Positions 21,971 to 31,925 of a stretch of DNA of 64,000 nt are shown one piece after another (position 1 is the stretch's first letter; each line of letters opens with the position of its first letter). Location: contig JAADHS010000078.1 of assembly GCA_013151745.1 (NCBI GenBank), positions 255-64,254 on the forward strand, given 5' to 3'. Below the pieces are notes generated by a model, which did not search any database, had not been told where the DNA came from, and saw only the letters and a list, made by a program, of their open reading frames with translations. Source of the DNA: Gammaproteobacteria bacterium. GTDB lineage: Bacteria; Pseudomonadota; Gammaproteobacteria; JAADHS01. The translations under genes were made by a program, and so were the position numbers.

Positions 21971-22909
21971 ATGAAGCAATTAATTAAGCAGCTTAACATT
22001 GACTTTATGGCTATGCGTAAGCCTGCGTTGATAGTGTCATTAGCTTTGATATTGATTTCGTTTATTTCTCTTGGTGTAAGAGGTCTGAATTTGGGGATCG
22101 ACTTTACAGGAGGCACCTTGATTGAAGTGGGCTACCAGCAAGCAGCCGACCTCAATAAGGTGCGTGATGCTTTGGTAGAAGCTGATTTTGATGATGCCAT
22201 TGTACAGCATTTTGGTAGTGTGACCGAGGTGTTAGTTCGTGTGGCGCCTCGTGAAGGACTCGATACAGCAAAAGTAAGTTCTCAAGTTCTGCAAGTTTTA
22301 CAAAGTCAGGATGACAGTGTCTCTATGAGGCGGGTTGAGTTTGTTGGGCCTCAAGTCGGTGAAGAATTAACAGAAGATGGTGGCATGGCGCTATTAATTG
22401 CGCTGGTTTGCATTTTGATTTATGTCACCGTACGATTTGAGAAGCGTTTTGCTGCGGGTTCAGTCTTGGCTTTGATTCACGATGTCACGATTACTTTAGG
22501 TCTGTTTTCAATATTCCAGCTTGAGTTTGATCTGAGTGTTTTAGCCGCAATTCTAGCGGTGATCGGTTATTCGTTGAATGATACGATCGTAGTGTTTGAT
22601 CGCATTCGTGAAAACTTTAGAAAAATTCGTAAAGCAAGCTCAGAAAGTGTTATTAACACGTCTCTAAATCAAACATTGTCAAGAACATTGGTGACTTCTT
22701 TAACGACATTATTAGTGCTGTTATCACTTTTTTTGTTTGGTGGAGAGGTTATCCATGGTTTTGCCACTGCTTTAATTATCGGTGTATTGGTTGGAACATA
22801 TTCTTCTATTTATATAGCAAGTTCAGCTGTTTTGATGTTGGGTGTGAGTAAAGCCGATTTAATGCCGGTAGTTAAGGAAGGTGCCGAGTTGGATGATGAT
22901 CGCCCATAG
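21971..22909 (+). CDS. secF: Protein translocase subunit SecF
   Basis: LNLGIDFTGG, VGPQVG, GYSLNDTIVVFDRIREN. Confidence 0.97.
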   Translation: MKQLIKQLNIDFMAMRKPALIVSLALILISFISLGVRGLNLGIDFTGGTLIEVGYQQAADLNKVRDALVEADFDDAIVQHFGSVTEVLVRVAPREGLDTAKVSSQVLQVLQSQDDSVSMRRVEFVGPQVGEELTEDGGMALLIALVCILIYVTVRFEKRFAAGSVLALIHDVTITLGLFSIFQLEFDLSVLAAILAVIGYSLNDTIVVFDRIRENFRKIRKASSESVINTSLNQTLSRTLVTSLTTLLVLLSLFLFGGEVIHGFATALIIGVLVGTYSSIYIASSAVLMLGVSKADLMPVVKEGAELDDDRP

Positions 22910-23134
22910 AGCCATCTTATCCCGCTGACGGCCATGGAGAGCGCAGAGAGAGCCCGTTTTGCGTTGTCCGCGGTAGGTCACGCGCGCGCCGCGCCTCGCT
23001 GTTTGCCCTTTGAAGTTAGGAGCGCTAGCGAGTGACGTAGAAATGCAAGAGCGGCTTTAGTGACCGTAGAGTCATTGAGGAAATATGATGGTGTGTAATG
23101 AGCGAAGTAGTTGTCGCGTAAGGTGACGACGATT

Positions 23135-23231
23135 TTTCCTACTACGTTGTTCTATATCACTACCTTGCACTATACGCGCAGAAAGAAGTGCCCTTGAGGT
23201 ACGTTTGCGTCCATCTGAGTTTTTTAGGTTA
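23135..23231 (-). repeat. Partial palindromic element related to 56640-56712
   Basis: Reverse complement taacctaaaaaactcag...gtacctcaagggcac...gcaaggtag...caacgtag shares the end and inner motif with the 56640 element. Confidence 0.6.
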
Positions 23232-23239
23232 CAGGTCAT

Positions 23240-24637
23240 TTAGAAAAAGGCCGCACCCTCTTTGTGTTTTGCTGTGCGAGGCTCGTCTTTAGAGGCAACT
23301 TCTATACGATTACGGCCTAGGTGTTTGGCGCGATATAATGCCGTATCAGCTCGTTCGATGATTTCTGTGGGTGTTTCCCCTAGTTGATAATGTGCAATAC
23401 CTGCTGAAAATGTAGGTGTGGGGATCATGACTCCATTGTGTTCCGTGGCATGTTTGGCGACTTGTCGTTGAACCTTGCGAACGGCGCTCAATGCCCCCTC
23501 AGCATCGGTGTTGGGTAATAATACGGCGAATTCTTCGCCACCATATCGAGCAACCATGTCATGATGGCGGAAAATGGATAAAATATTTTCTGAATACAAG
23601 CGCAGTACTTTGTCGCCTGCCGTATGACCATATTGGTCATTAATGCTTTTAAATCCATCAAGGTCAATTAGAACTAATGGCAGGTCATTGCCATAACGTT
23701 GTACTCGCCCTATTTCATCTTCCAACCTGCGCATAAAAGCGCGACGATTAGGCAGCTCGGTTAGTTCGTCGGTGAGACTTAATAAATGGACGCGGTCAAG
23801 CTCATCATTAAGTTCCTGGCTGTCCATGGCAATTCTATCCAGATACTGGCGGGCATTGTTAAATTGATTGGACATTTCATGATGAGCCGTAAGCAGTTTT
23901 TTGACCTCTATAATTAGTGTTTTTCGAGATAAGTCTATTTCTTTTTGTGAGTTTGCTTCCTGGAGAGTGTGTAATTCTCCATTTAATAACATGCCAAACT
24001 CTTCATTTCGGTGTTTGGTGTCATTGAGCTGCTGGGCAAGATTTTGCTGAATTTCTACAATTGTTTTCTTTTTTTCATGCAAATGACGTTTATATGCAGA
24101 ATCAACAGCATTATTGGATACGGACTCATTGCGTGGTATCCGGCGTCTTTCCTGGAAGGTAGGTTCATGGGTTATGGGGGATTGTGTTATCAGCACGTCT
24201 TGTTTTTGTTGGGTTGTGCCCGGTGTCAGTTTTTCATCGTGGTGTGCGGGGTGATTAGCAGATATAGGTTCTATTGATTCCTCCATGCTTGTATGGGCGG
24301 GGGTCATTTCCATTTGTTCATAACAAGCTTCAAAGCAGTTTTTTAAGGTGATGAGCTCAGGTTTTGATAAAGGGGGAGACAAGTGCAACATAATCAAGTT
24401 GAGTTGAGCCTGCAATGACGACCCTTTAGTGGTGCGTGATATAAACGCTTTTAACAGTATATCTAAAAGCTGGGAATAAGCCTCTTCCATCTCCGCATGA
24501 TTGGCTTCATTGCGTTCCAGCATGATTTCAAGGTGCTTGTATATAGTGGCACCTACAGTCGTGTGGGACAGTCCTTTTAGGGGTTGTAAAACCACTTTTG
24601 GAAACGGTATTTTTGCTATATCTAACTTTTGTGACAC
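23240..24637 (-). CDS. Diguanylate cyclase (coiled-coil + GGDEF)
   Basis: TDELTELPNRR, DLDGFKSIND.YGH..GD, RHHD I-site, ARYGGEEF. Confidence 0.92.
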   Translation of the reverse strand: MSQKLDIAKIPFPKVVLQPLKGLSHTTVGATIYKHLEIMLERNEANHAEMEEAYSQLLDILLKAFISRTTKGSSLQAQLNLIMLHLSPPLSKPELITLKNCFEACYEQMEMTPAHTSMEESIEPISANHPAHHDEKLTPGTTQQKQDVLITQSPITHEPTFQERRRIPRNESVSNNAVDSAYKRHLHEKKKTIVEIQQNLAQQLNDTKHRNEEFGMLLNGELHTLQEANSQKEIDLSRKTLIIEVKKLLTAHHEMSNQFNNARQYLDRIAMDSQELNDELDRVHLLSLTDELTELPNRRAFMRRLEDEIGRVQRYGNDLPLVLIDLDGFKSINDQYGHTAGDKVLRLYSENILSIFRHHDMVARYGGEEFAVLLPNTDAEGALSAVRKVQRQVAKHATEHNGVMIPTPTFSAGIAHYQLGETPTEIIERADTALYRAKHLGRNRIEVASKDEPRTAKHKEGAAFF

Positions 24638-24781
24638 CTTTTTTGCTATCCTTTTAATGGGTTGGCTTTTTGGTATGTCTATTCTACGCTAAGATTAGCT
24701 TGTAATGCTATATTTACTATATGGATATGTTGTACGTATTTATCTATTATCAATTTTTTCTGAGTGGGCTGACTAGCATTA

Positions 24782-24878
24782 AGCAAAGTATATGCCTAGT
24801 TCTTAAAGTTATTTAAAATCAACCTATTAGGTTTTTTAGTTGTTTCTTGAATGTCACGCTATGTCAGAATTTCCGACA
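24782..24878 (-). promoter_or_regulatory. Putative sigma54 promoter with IHF site and enhancer palindrome
   Basis: Minus strand AGGCATATACTTTGCT (GG-N10-GC) within 24782-24798; AATCAACCTATTA (WATCAAN4TTR) at 24817-24829; TGTCAGAATTTCCGACA at 24862-24878. Confidence 0.6.
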
Positions 24879-25032
24879 CCTTTTTTTATTCTTCGTGAAG
24901 TAGAGGCGTGGCTTTTATTGGTATGGAAACAAGATGAATATATCTGTGCAGCGAGAAGGTGGATCATGTATTCTTGGCCTCTTTTTTGTTTCATTACTTA
25001 CATTGATTAAGTTAGGCTAGAAGGTGGAATTG

Positions 25033-26289
25033 ATGTTCAGACGAGATATGAAAATCGCAGACTATGATGAAGAACTCTGGAGTGCCATGCAGCACGAATT
25101 ACTGCGGCAAGAAGAGCATATTGAACTTATTGCATCTGAGAACTATACCAGCCCAAGAGTGATGGCGGCGCAAGGTTCTGTCTTAACTAATAAATACGCG
25201 GAAGGTTATCCAGGGAAACGGTATTACGGAGGGTGTGAACATGTTGACATTGCTGAGCAACTTGCAATAGATCGTGTCAAAGCTTTGTTTGCAGCAGGTT
25301 ACGCCAATGTGCAGCCTCATTCTGGCTCTCAGGCCAATGCGGCTGTTTATCTGGCATTATTGAATGCGGGTGAGACGATATTGGGTATGAGCCTGGCGCA
25401 TGGCGGTCACTTGACCCATGGTTCGAAAGTTAATTTTTCAGGTAAGTTGTTTAATGCCATCCAGTATGGCTTGAATGAAGCTACGGGAGAAATTGACTAT
25501 GAGCAAGTTGCAGCCTTGGCGCAAGAGCATCAACCGAAAGTGATTGTAGCCGGGTTCAGTGCTTATTCACGAATTGTTGATTGGCAGCGTTTTCGTGACA
25601 TTGCAGATCAAGTGGGTGCTTATCTGTTCGTTGATATGGCTCATGTTGCGGGTTTAGTTGCTGCTGGCGTTTATCCTAGTCCGGTAAATATTGCTGATGT
25701 CACCACCTCGACGACACATAAAACTTTACGAGGGCCTCGTGGTGGTATTATTTTGGCAAAAGCAAACCCCGAATTAGAAAAAAAGTTAAATTCTTTGGTT
25801 TTTCCAGGTACGCAAGGCGGCCCTTTGATGCATGTTATTGCAGCTAAAGCGGTTGCGTTTAAAGAAGCCGCTGAGCCAGAGTTTAAAGTGTATCAGCAAC
25901 AAGTAGTCGATAATGCGCGAGCGATGGTGGCGGTGTTTATTGAACGTGGGTATAAAATAGTCTCTGATGGCACGGATAATCACTTGTTTTTGGTTGATTT
26001 GATTGCTAAGGGCATGACAGGTAAGGTGGCCGATGCTGCATTAGGCGCAGCAAATATCACGGTCAATATGAATAGTGTCCCTAATGATCCTCAATCGCCC
26101 TTTGTGACGAGTGGCATTCGTGTTGGAACCCCCGCCATAACCACGCGGGGTCTCAATGAGGCTGAGGCGGCTGAACTGGCGGGCTGGATGTGTGATATTC
26201 TTGACGATGTAGAATCTCAGGAAAGCATAGAACAAGTCAAAGCGAGCGTGCTCGATTTATGTGCACGGTTTCCAGTATACGAAAAATAA
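25033..26289 (+). CDS. glyA: Serine hydroxymethyltransferase
   Basis: [38 protein letters not shown]; ATG at 25033 preferred. Confidence 0.98.
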   Translation: MFRRDMKIADYDEELWSAMQHELLRQEEHIELIASENYTSPRVMAAQGSVLTNKYAEGYPGKRYYGGCEHVDIAEQLAIDRVKALFAAGYANVQPHSGSQANAAVYLALLNAGETILGMSLAHGGHLTHGSKVNFSGKLFNAIQYGLNEATGEIDYEQVAALAQEHQPKVIVAGFSAYSRIVDWQRFRDIADQVGAYLFVDMAHVAGLVAAGVYPSPVNIADVTTSTTHKTLRGPRGGIILAKANPELEKKLNSLVFPGTQGGPLMHVIAAKAVAFKEAAEPEFKVYQQQVVDNARAMVAVFIERGYKIVSDGTDNHLFLVDLIAKGMTGKVADAALGAANITVNMNSVPNDPQSPFVTSGIRVGTPAITTRGLNEAEAAELAGWMCDILDDVESQESIEQVKASVLDLCARFPVYEK

Positions 26290-26291
26290 TA

Positions 26292-26762
26292 ATGATCTGT
26301 CCTTTTTGCAACCTCGATGAGACAAAGGTGATCGATTCTCGTTTGGCCAATGAGGGGGCAGAAGTACGTCGACGGCGTGAATGTCAACATTGCCTCGAAC
26401 GGTTTACAACGTTTGAGTCGGCCGAGTTAGTGATGCCGAGAATTATCAAACGAGACCAACGTCGAGAGCCTTTTAACGAAGAAAAATTACGCTCAGGTAT
26501 TTTAAGAGCATTGGAAAAACGCCCTGTTGAAATAGAGGAAGTTGAGGCGGCGATCAATCGTATCAAGCATCGGTTACGCTCAACAGGAGATAGAGAAATT
26601 AAAGCAGACAAAGTGGGCGAATGGATTATGAGTGAGCTCAAAGATCTTGATCAGGTTGCCTATGTACGTTTTGCATCCGTATATCGCAGTTTTCAGGATG
26701 TGAGTGAGTTTAAAGAAGAAATTGAACGGCTAGAAAAAGAGTTGCCACCCATGCAGTCCTGA
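26292..26762 (+). CDS. nrdR: Transcriptional repressor NrdR
   Basis: [26 protein letters not shown]; ATP cone; AYVRFASVY. Confidence 0.97.
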   Translation: MICPFCNLDETKVIDSRLANEGAEVRRRRECQHCLERFTTFESAELVMPRIIKRDQRREPFNEEKLRSGILRALEKRPVEIEEVEAAINRIKHRLRSTGDREIKADKVGEWIMSELKDLDQVAYVRFASVYRSFQDVSEFKEEIERLEKELPPMQS

Positions 26763-26823
26763 TGGTGGCAGAGTATTTTATGCTATGTACTTTCTAGATT
26801 AATACAGGGTAAAAAACGCTCAG

Positions 26824-27939
26824 GTGTTATTTTCTGCAAATGACCATCACTTCATGGCTCAGGCTTTACGTTTGGCGTATCGAGGTCTCAATACAACACA
26901 GCCTAATCCTCGTGTAGGGTGTGTCCTTGTTGTGAATGAGCACGTTATCTCCGAAGGCTGGCATAGGACAACCGGGGGCGACCATGCGGAAATTGTTGCG
27001 TTGAAAAATGCAACAACAAGTACGGAAGGGGCAACCGCTTATGTGACTCTGGAGCCTTGTTGTCATCACGGGCGAACCGGCCCTTGCACCTCAGCTTTGA
27101 TTCGCGCCGGAGTGTGTCGTGTGGTGGTGGCGATGATGGACCCCTTTCCTGAAGTGGCAGGGCGTGGTATCGAAATATTGCGTCAAGCCGGAGTGCAAGT
27201 GGATGTGGGCTTGATGCAACAACAGGCAATACGTCTGAATGCAGGTTTTGTTAAACGGCTCACCACCGGTTATCCCTGGGTTCGCAGCAAAATAGCCTGC
27301 TCTCTTGATGCGCGTACTGCTGCGGCCAACGGTGAAAGTAAGTGGATTACCTCAGACTTGTCACGGCAGGACGTGCAACGGTGGCGGGCACGCAGTAGTG
27401 CAATAATGACGGGCATAGGCACTGTTATGGCCGATGATCCTTCGCTCAATGTAAGGCACTTTGATGATGATTTTCAGCAGCAACCTTTGAGAGTCGTTTT
27501 AGATAGTACCTTGAAAATGCAGCCGAGTGCACGAATGTTGGCTTTGCCGGGACGTACCCTGATTTTCACAACAGGAGAGAAATCACTTCGTATACAAGCC
27601 TTGCGTGATGCGGGTGCAACGGTGGTGATACAGCCAGAACAAAATAACAAGCTGGATCTAAAACAAGTGCTGTTATACCTGGCAACGCAAAATATTAATG
27701 AAATTTTGCTTGAGGCGGGTGCGACTTTAAATGGGGCTTTCGTGGATGGTGGCTGGGTTGATGAATTTTTAATCTATATGGCTCCCAGTTTTATGGGAAA
27801 CAGTGCGCGTGGGTTATTTGATACCGCTAATATGAAATGTTTATCTGACCGGGTTAACTTGCAGATTGATGAGGTTCGTCAATTGGGTAATGATATTCGC
27901 ATTCGAGCTTTTCCCTGCCAGCATAGTGAGGTGGTTTGA
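26824..27939 (+). CDS. ribD: Riboflavin biosynthesis deaminase/reductase
   Basis: PNPRVGC, HAE, TLEPCCHHGRTGPC, ESKWIT, EAGATL. Confidence 0.96.
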   Translation: MLFSANDHHFMAQALRLAYRGLNTTQPNPRVGCVLVVNEHVISEGWHRTTGGDHAEIVALKNATTSTEGATAYVTLEPCCHHGRTGPCTSALIRAGVCRVVVAMMDPFPEVAGRGIEILRQAGVQVDVGLMQQQAIRLNAGFVKRLTTGYPWVRSKIACSLDARTAAANGESKWITSDLSRQDVQRWRARSSAIMTGIGTVMADDPSLNVRHFDDDFQQQPLRVVLDSTLKMQPSARMLALPGRTLIFTTGEKSLRIQALRDAGATVVIQPEQNNKLDLKQVLLYLATQNINEILLEAGATLNGAFVDGGWVDEFLIYMAPSFMGNSARGLFDTANMKCLSDRVNLQIDEVRQLGNDIRIRAFPCQHSEVV

Positions 27940-28593
27940 GTGTTTACCGGAATAATCGAAACGGTGGGTCAGGTTGTTCATATTGAAAATGGTCAGCAAG
28001 GGTGTCGTTTGCGCTTGCAGCCAGAAAAAATAACTCCGGCCACGGTTGATTTAGGTGCGAGCATTGCCGTGAACGGGGTTTGTTTAACCGTTTGCAAATT
28101 TGCTGATAAAGACTTGATGTTTGATGTTTCTGCCGAAACACGATCGCGTACTACGCTAGGTCAACTTACAACGGCGAGTCGTGTTAATTTGGAGCAAGCT
28201 GTCACACCGAGTACTCGCTTGGGTGGCCATTTGGTGAGTGGCCATGTTGATGGTGTTGGCAAAATAGTCTCTATTGTGGCAGACGGCTTCAGCCAAATTA
28301 TGACGTTTGAAATTGACAAAGAGTTAGCTAGATATATTGCCACAAAGGGGTCAATTACCGTTGATGGTGTGAGTCTCACTGTCAATTGGGTTGAGGGGTG
28401 TCAGTTTAAGTTGACCCTTATCCCGCATACATTACAAGAGACGACAATGGGTTCTTATCGTTCTGGACAATCCGTTAACATTGAGGTTGATTTGGTCGCA
28501 CGTTATATTGAACGGCTGATGTCTGATGAGGCTTCGTCATCGCACTCGACCCTCACGACAAATTTTTTAAATAGACACGGTTTTATTCGTTAA
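27940..28593 (+). CDS. ribE: Riboflavin synthase (alpha chain)
   Basis: MFTGII N-terminus, GVCLT, RLGGHLVSGHVD, VNIEVD. Confidence 0.95.
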   Translation: MFTGIIETVGQVVHIENGQQGCRLRLQPEKITPATVDLGASIAVNGVCLTVCKFADKDLMFDVSAETRSRTTLGQLTTASRVNLEQAVTPSTRLGGHLVSGHVDGVGKIVSIVADGFSQIMTFEIDKELARYIATKGSITVDGVSLTVNWVEGCQFKLTLIPHTLQETTMGSYRSGQSVNIEVDLVARYIERLMSDEASSSHSTLTTNFLNRHGFIR

Positions 28594-28595
28594 AA

Positions 28596-29702
28596 ATGAA
28601 TAGTATTGAAGAAATAATTAATGATATCACCCAAGGGAAAATGGTGATCATCATGGATGATGAAGATCGGGAAAATGAAGGTGATTTATTGATGGCCGCA
28701 TCATGGGTACGGCCTGAAGATATCAACTTTATGGCGCGTTATGGTCGCGGCTTAATCTGCTTGACGATGACGGAGTCGCGCTGTGAGCAATTGCGGTTAC
28801 CTTTGATGGTGGGTGATACCCGTGATCAACATCACACTAATTTCACAGTATCCATTGAAGCTGCAGAGGGTGTGACCACAGGAATTTCTGCCGCAGACCG
28901 AGCGCAAACGGTTCGTGCTGCTGTGGCGCGTGATGCGAAGCCGAGTGATCTTGTTCAGCCAGGGCATATCTTTCCCATTATGGCGCAACCCGGAGGTGTA
29001 TTAACTCGAGCAGGCCATACGGAGGCAGGCTGTGATTTGACGGCACTTGCGGGCTTGGAGGCGGCGAGTGTTATTGTTGAAATCTTAAATGAAGACGGAA
29101 CCATGGCGCGTCGGCCGGAGCTTGAACAATTTGCACAAACACATCAGCTGAAAATAGGTACCATCGCTGATTTAATTCGTTATCGAGCGTCACATGAAAA
29201 AACGATCCATAGCGTTGCAGAATGTGACGTTAATACAGAATGGGGTCCGTTCAAGTTGCTGGCTTTTGAAGAGTCACATCGGAAGCTGGTGCATCTGGTG
29301 ATGGTTAAAGGTGAGCTTAATGCGGACGTTCCTGCATTAGTGCGTGTTCACATGCAGGATCACTTGGCTGACATGGCCGGTTTTGAATGGGCGGCGATGG
29401 GCTGGCCTTATCGCCGCGCCTTGGCACGAATAGCCGAAGAGGGGTCTGGTGTCTTGGTTATATTGAGTCATATGATGGAACCCCAGGATATTATTCAGCG
29501 TATCAATCAATTTACATTGAAAGAAAAGGGGGTTACCTTACCGCAACCCTCACCCAGCGACGATATGCGAACCTATGGTGTGGGTGCGCAGATTTTAACC
29601 GCAATGGGCTTGCGCAAGTTACGGGTGCTGGGTACGCCAAAACGTTTTCATGGTCTGGCGGGGTTCGGCCTGAAAATAATCGAATATGTGGATTGTGATT
29701 AG
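28596..29702 (+). CDS. ribB: DHBP synthase fused to degenerate GTP cyclohydrolase II domain (RibBX-type)
   Basis: [26 protein letters not shown]; C-terminal VRVHMQD lacks the zinc-binding Cys residues of RibA. Confidence 0.93.
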   Translation: MNSIEEIINDITQGKMVIIMDDEDRENEGDLLMAASWVRPEDINFMARYGRGLICLTMTESRCEQLRLPLMVGDTRDQHHTNFTVSIEAAEGVTTGISAADRAQTVRAAVARDAKPSDLVQPGHIFPIMAQPGGVLTRAGHTEAGCDLTALAGLEAASVIVEILNEDGTMARRPELEQFAQTHQLKIGTIADLIRYRASHEKTIHSVAECDVNTEWGPFKLLAFEESHRKLVHLVMVKGELNADVPALVRVHMQDHLADMAGFEWAAMGWPYRRALARIAEEGSGVLVILSHMMEPQDIIQRINQFTLKEKGVTLPQPSPSDDMRTYGVGAQILTAMGLRKLRVLGTPKRFHGLAGFGLKIIEYVDCD

Positions 29703-29711
29703 GGGGTGAAG

Positions 29712-30185
29712 ATGACAAAAGTGAATATATTTAGAGGCAATCTGGTTGTTGTCGATGCCCGGTTTGCGATTGTGGCGGGGCGGTTCAACAGCTTTATCGG
29801 TGAACATCTGGTCAACGGTGCCATTGATACTTTGCTACAGCATGGGGTTGACGAAAAGAACATCGATGTTATTTATGCGCCTGGTGCCTTTGAAATACCA
29901 TTATTAACAAAAAAAGCAGCCCAGACCCTTCATTATCAAGCCATTATTGCTTTGGGCGTGGTGATCAGAGGGGGAACGGCTCATTTTGAATATGTTGCTG
30001 GTGAGTGTGCTAAAGGTATTGCCACGGTTGCGTTAGAGTCGGGTTTGCCTATTAGTTTTGGTGTTTTGACGGTAGATAACATTGAGCAAGCGATAGAACG
30101 AGCCGGTACTAAAGCAGGAAACAAAGGCGTGGATGCCGCCTTATCGGCCATTGAAATGGTGAGTGTTATTAAACAACTGGGCTGA
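29712..30185 (+). CDS. ribH: 6,7-dimethyl-8-ribityllumazine synthase
   Basis: [36 protein letters not shown]. Confidence 0.97.
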   Translation: MTKVNIFRGNLVVVDARFAIVAGRFNSFIGEHLVNGAIDTLLQHGVDEKNIDVIYAPGAFEIPLLTKKAAQTLHYQAIIALGVVIRGGTAHFEYVAGECAKGIATVALESGLPISFGVLTVDNIEQAIERAGTKAGNKGVDAALSAIEMVSVIKQLG

Positions 30186-30248
30186 ATCAGTTTTTGCCTT
30201 TATTGTTCCGAAATCTATTCATTGTTATTAAATTGTTGGAGAAAAATT

Positions 30249-30668
30249 TTGAGTCGGGGACGTCCTATGGCGCGGCAGCGTGCTGTGCAAGCGCTTTATC
30301 AATGGCAACAAGCGGGTCATGATTTAAGTGAAATAGAGTCTCAATTTTTGGTTGGGCAAGATATGTCTAGAGCGGATGTGCCTTATTTTCAGGAATTGTT
30401 ACACAAAATCCCTAGTGATGTTGAGACTTTGGATGCGCATTTACAGCCTTTATTAGACCGAAAAATGAACGAGGTCGATAGTGTTGAACGCGCTATTTTG
30501 CGTATTGGTACTTATGAATTAAAACACAGGTTTGATATTCCCTACCGTGTGGTTATTAACGAAGGTGTGGTGCTTGCAAAGAAATTTGGTGCTGTAGATA
30601 GCCATCGTTTTATCAATGGTATTCTCGACAAACTTTCTTTTACTTTGCGTAGTGCAGAGCGAAAATAA
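30249..30668 (+). CDS. nusB: Transcription antitermination factor NusB
   Basis: ARQRAVQALYQ, VERAILR, VVINEGV.LAKKFG, FINGILD; TTG start at 30249 after GGAG inferred. Confidence 0.95.
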   Translation: MSRGRPMARQRAVQALYQWQQAGHDLSEIESQFLVGQDMSRADVPYFQELLHKIPSDVETLDAHLQPLLDRKMNEVDSVERAILRIGTYELKHRFDIPYRVVINEGVVLAKKFGAVDSHRFINGILDKLSFTLRSAERK

Positions 30669-30685
30669 TTGTAGAATTTATACCC

Positions 30686-31690
30686 ATGCTTAGCGAGTTT
30701 GAACTGATCGACCGATATTTCGCAAAGCGTACTGCCAAACGAACAGATGTGGTGACGGGTATCGGTGATGATGCAGCGGTATTGGCTGTTCCCGGCCATC
30801 AAAAACTCATCGTCGCGGTGGATACCCTGGTCTCTGGCGTCCATTTTCCAATCAATACGACCCCCTATGATATTGCTTATAAAGCTTTGGCGGTGAACTT
30901 GAGTGATTTAGCCGCCATGGCCGCCGTCCCAGCCTGGATGACGCTGTCATTAACTTTACCCGAAAGCTCGGAAACCTGGTTAAAAGAATTTAGTGAAGGT
31001 TTGTTTTCTCTTGCTGATGAATTTTCAATTGAACTCGTCGGCGGCGATACTACACGAGGGCCTTTGTCGGTGACAATACAGCTCATGGGCGTGCAGTCAA
31101 AAGATAAAGCCACTTTGCTACGGAGTGGTGCCCGCTCTGGAGATTTAATTTATATGACGGGTTTTCTCGGTGAAGCGGGCTTAGGTTTGCTTGTCTCCCA
31201 GGGGAAATTACCTGATATCGAAATATTCAAACCGACACTTGAACGTTTACAACGACCTCAAGCCCGTGTTGAATTGGGTCAGGCCTTGTCTGGTCTCGCA
31301 ACATCGGGGATCGACATTTCAGATGGTTTTCTCGCCGACCTAGGGCATATTCTTACTGCCAGCCATAGGGGCGCTCTGTTGTATTTAGATGCTATTCCTT
31401 TATCACCAGTCTATCAATATTTGAAAAAAGAGGGGTTGACGAGTCAATGGGGAGAGGTCGCAGAGGCAAGCTATATGCCCGATTTACAGTTTGCTTTAAA
31501 TGCGGGTGATGATTACGAACTTTGTTTTACCCTTCCGCCAGATAAAAAAGAGGCGTTAAAGTCTATTGCAGCATCAACAGGTTGTATGATTACTCAAGTG
31601 GGTTTGGTTGAGCAGGGCGCAAACATCAAGGGCATTGATGCCTTAGGTCACACCGTACCGCTTTTACAGGGCGGTTACCAACATTTCTGA
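30686..31690 (+). CDS. thiL: Thiamine-monophosphate kinase
   Basis: EFELIDRYF, GIGDDAA, NLSDLAAM, GGDT, DISDG, GDDYEL. Confidence 0.96.
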   Translation: MLSEFELIDRYFAKRTAKRTDVVTGIGDDAAVLAVPGHQKLIVAVDTLVSGVHFPINTTPYDIAYKALAVNLSDLAAMAAVPAWMTLSLTLPESSETWLKEFSEGLFSLADEFSIELVGGDTTRGPLSVTIQLMGVQSKDKATLLRSGARSGDLIYMTGFLGEAGLGLLVSQGKLPDIEIFKPTLERLQRPQARVELGQALSGLATSGIDISDGFLADLGHILTASHRGALLYLDAIPLSPVYQYLKKEGLTSQWGEVAEASYMPDLQFALNAGDDYELCFTLPPDKKEALKSIAASTGCMITQVGLVEQGANIKGIDALGHTVPLLQGGYQHF

Positions 31691-31925
31691 ATCTGGTTCG
31701 CTTGGTGTTTAAAATGGGATTGATCGGGAAAAGTAATCATCAAAGCAACGCGTAATGCTCAGACGTGAAGATGTGTTCCATTCCTTAATGTTGTCTTTGT
31801 TCGTTTTTATTATCTCAGACCGAAACGCTAAACAAAAATGTTATACCTGATATTTCTAAACCATTGTGTTTAGTCCCATAGTTGATTAGGATGGAGTGGT
31901 CGTCGTTTTCGGAATGAGAGCCGAA

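Noticed and set aside
21786-21974. 62 aa ORF between secD and secF
   Set aside because: Lies mostly within the palindromic element; no coding features
24890-25030. ZTP or glycine riboswitch upstream of glyA
   Set aside because: Conserved aptamer motifs not recognisable
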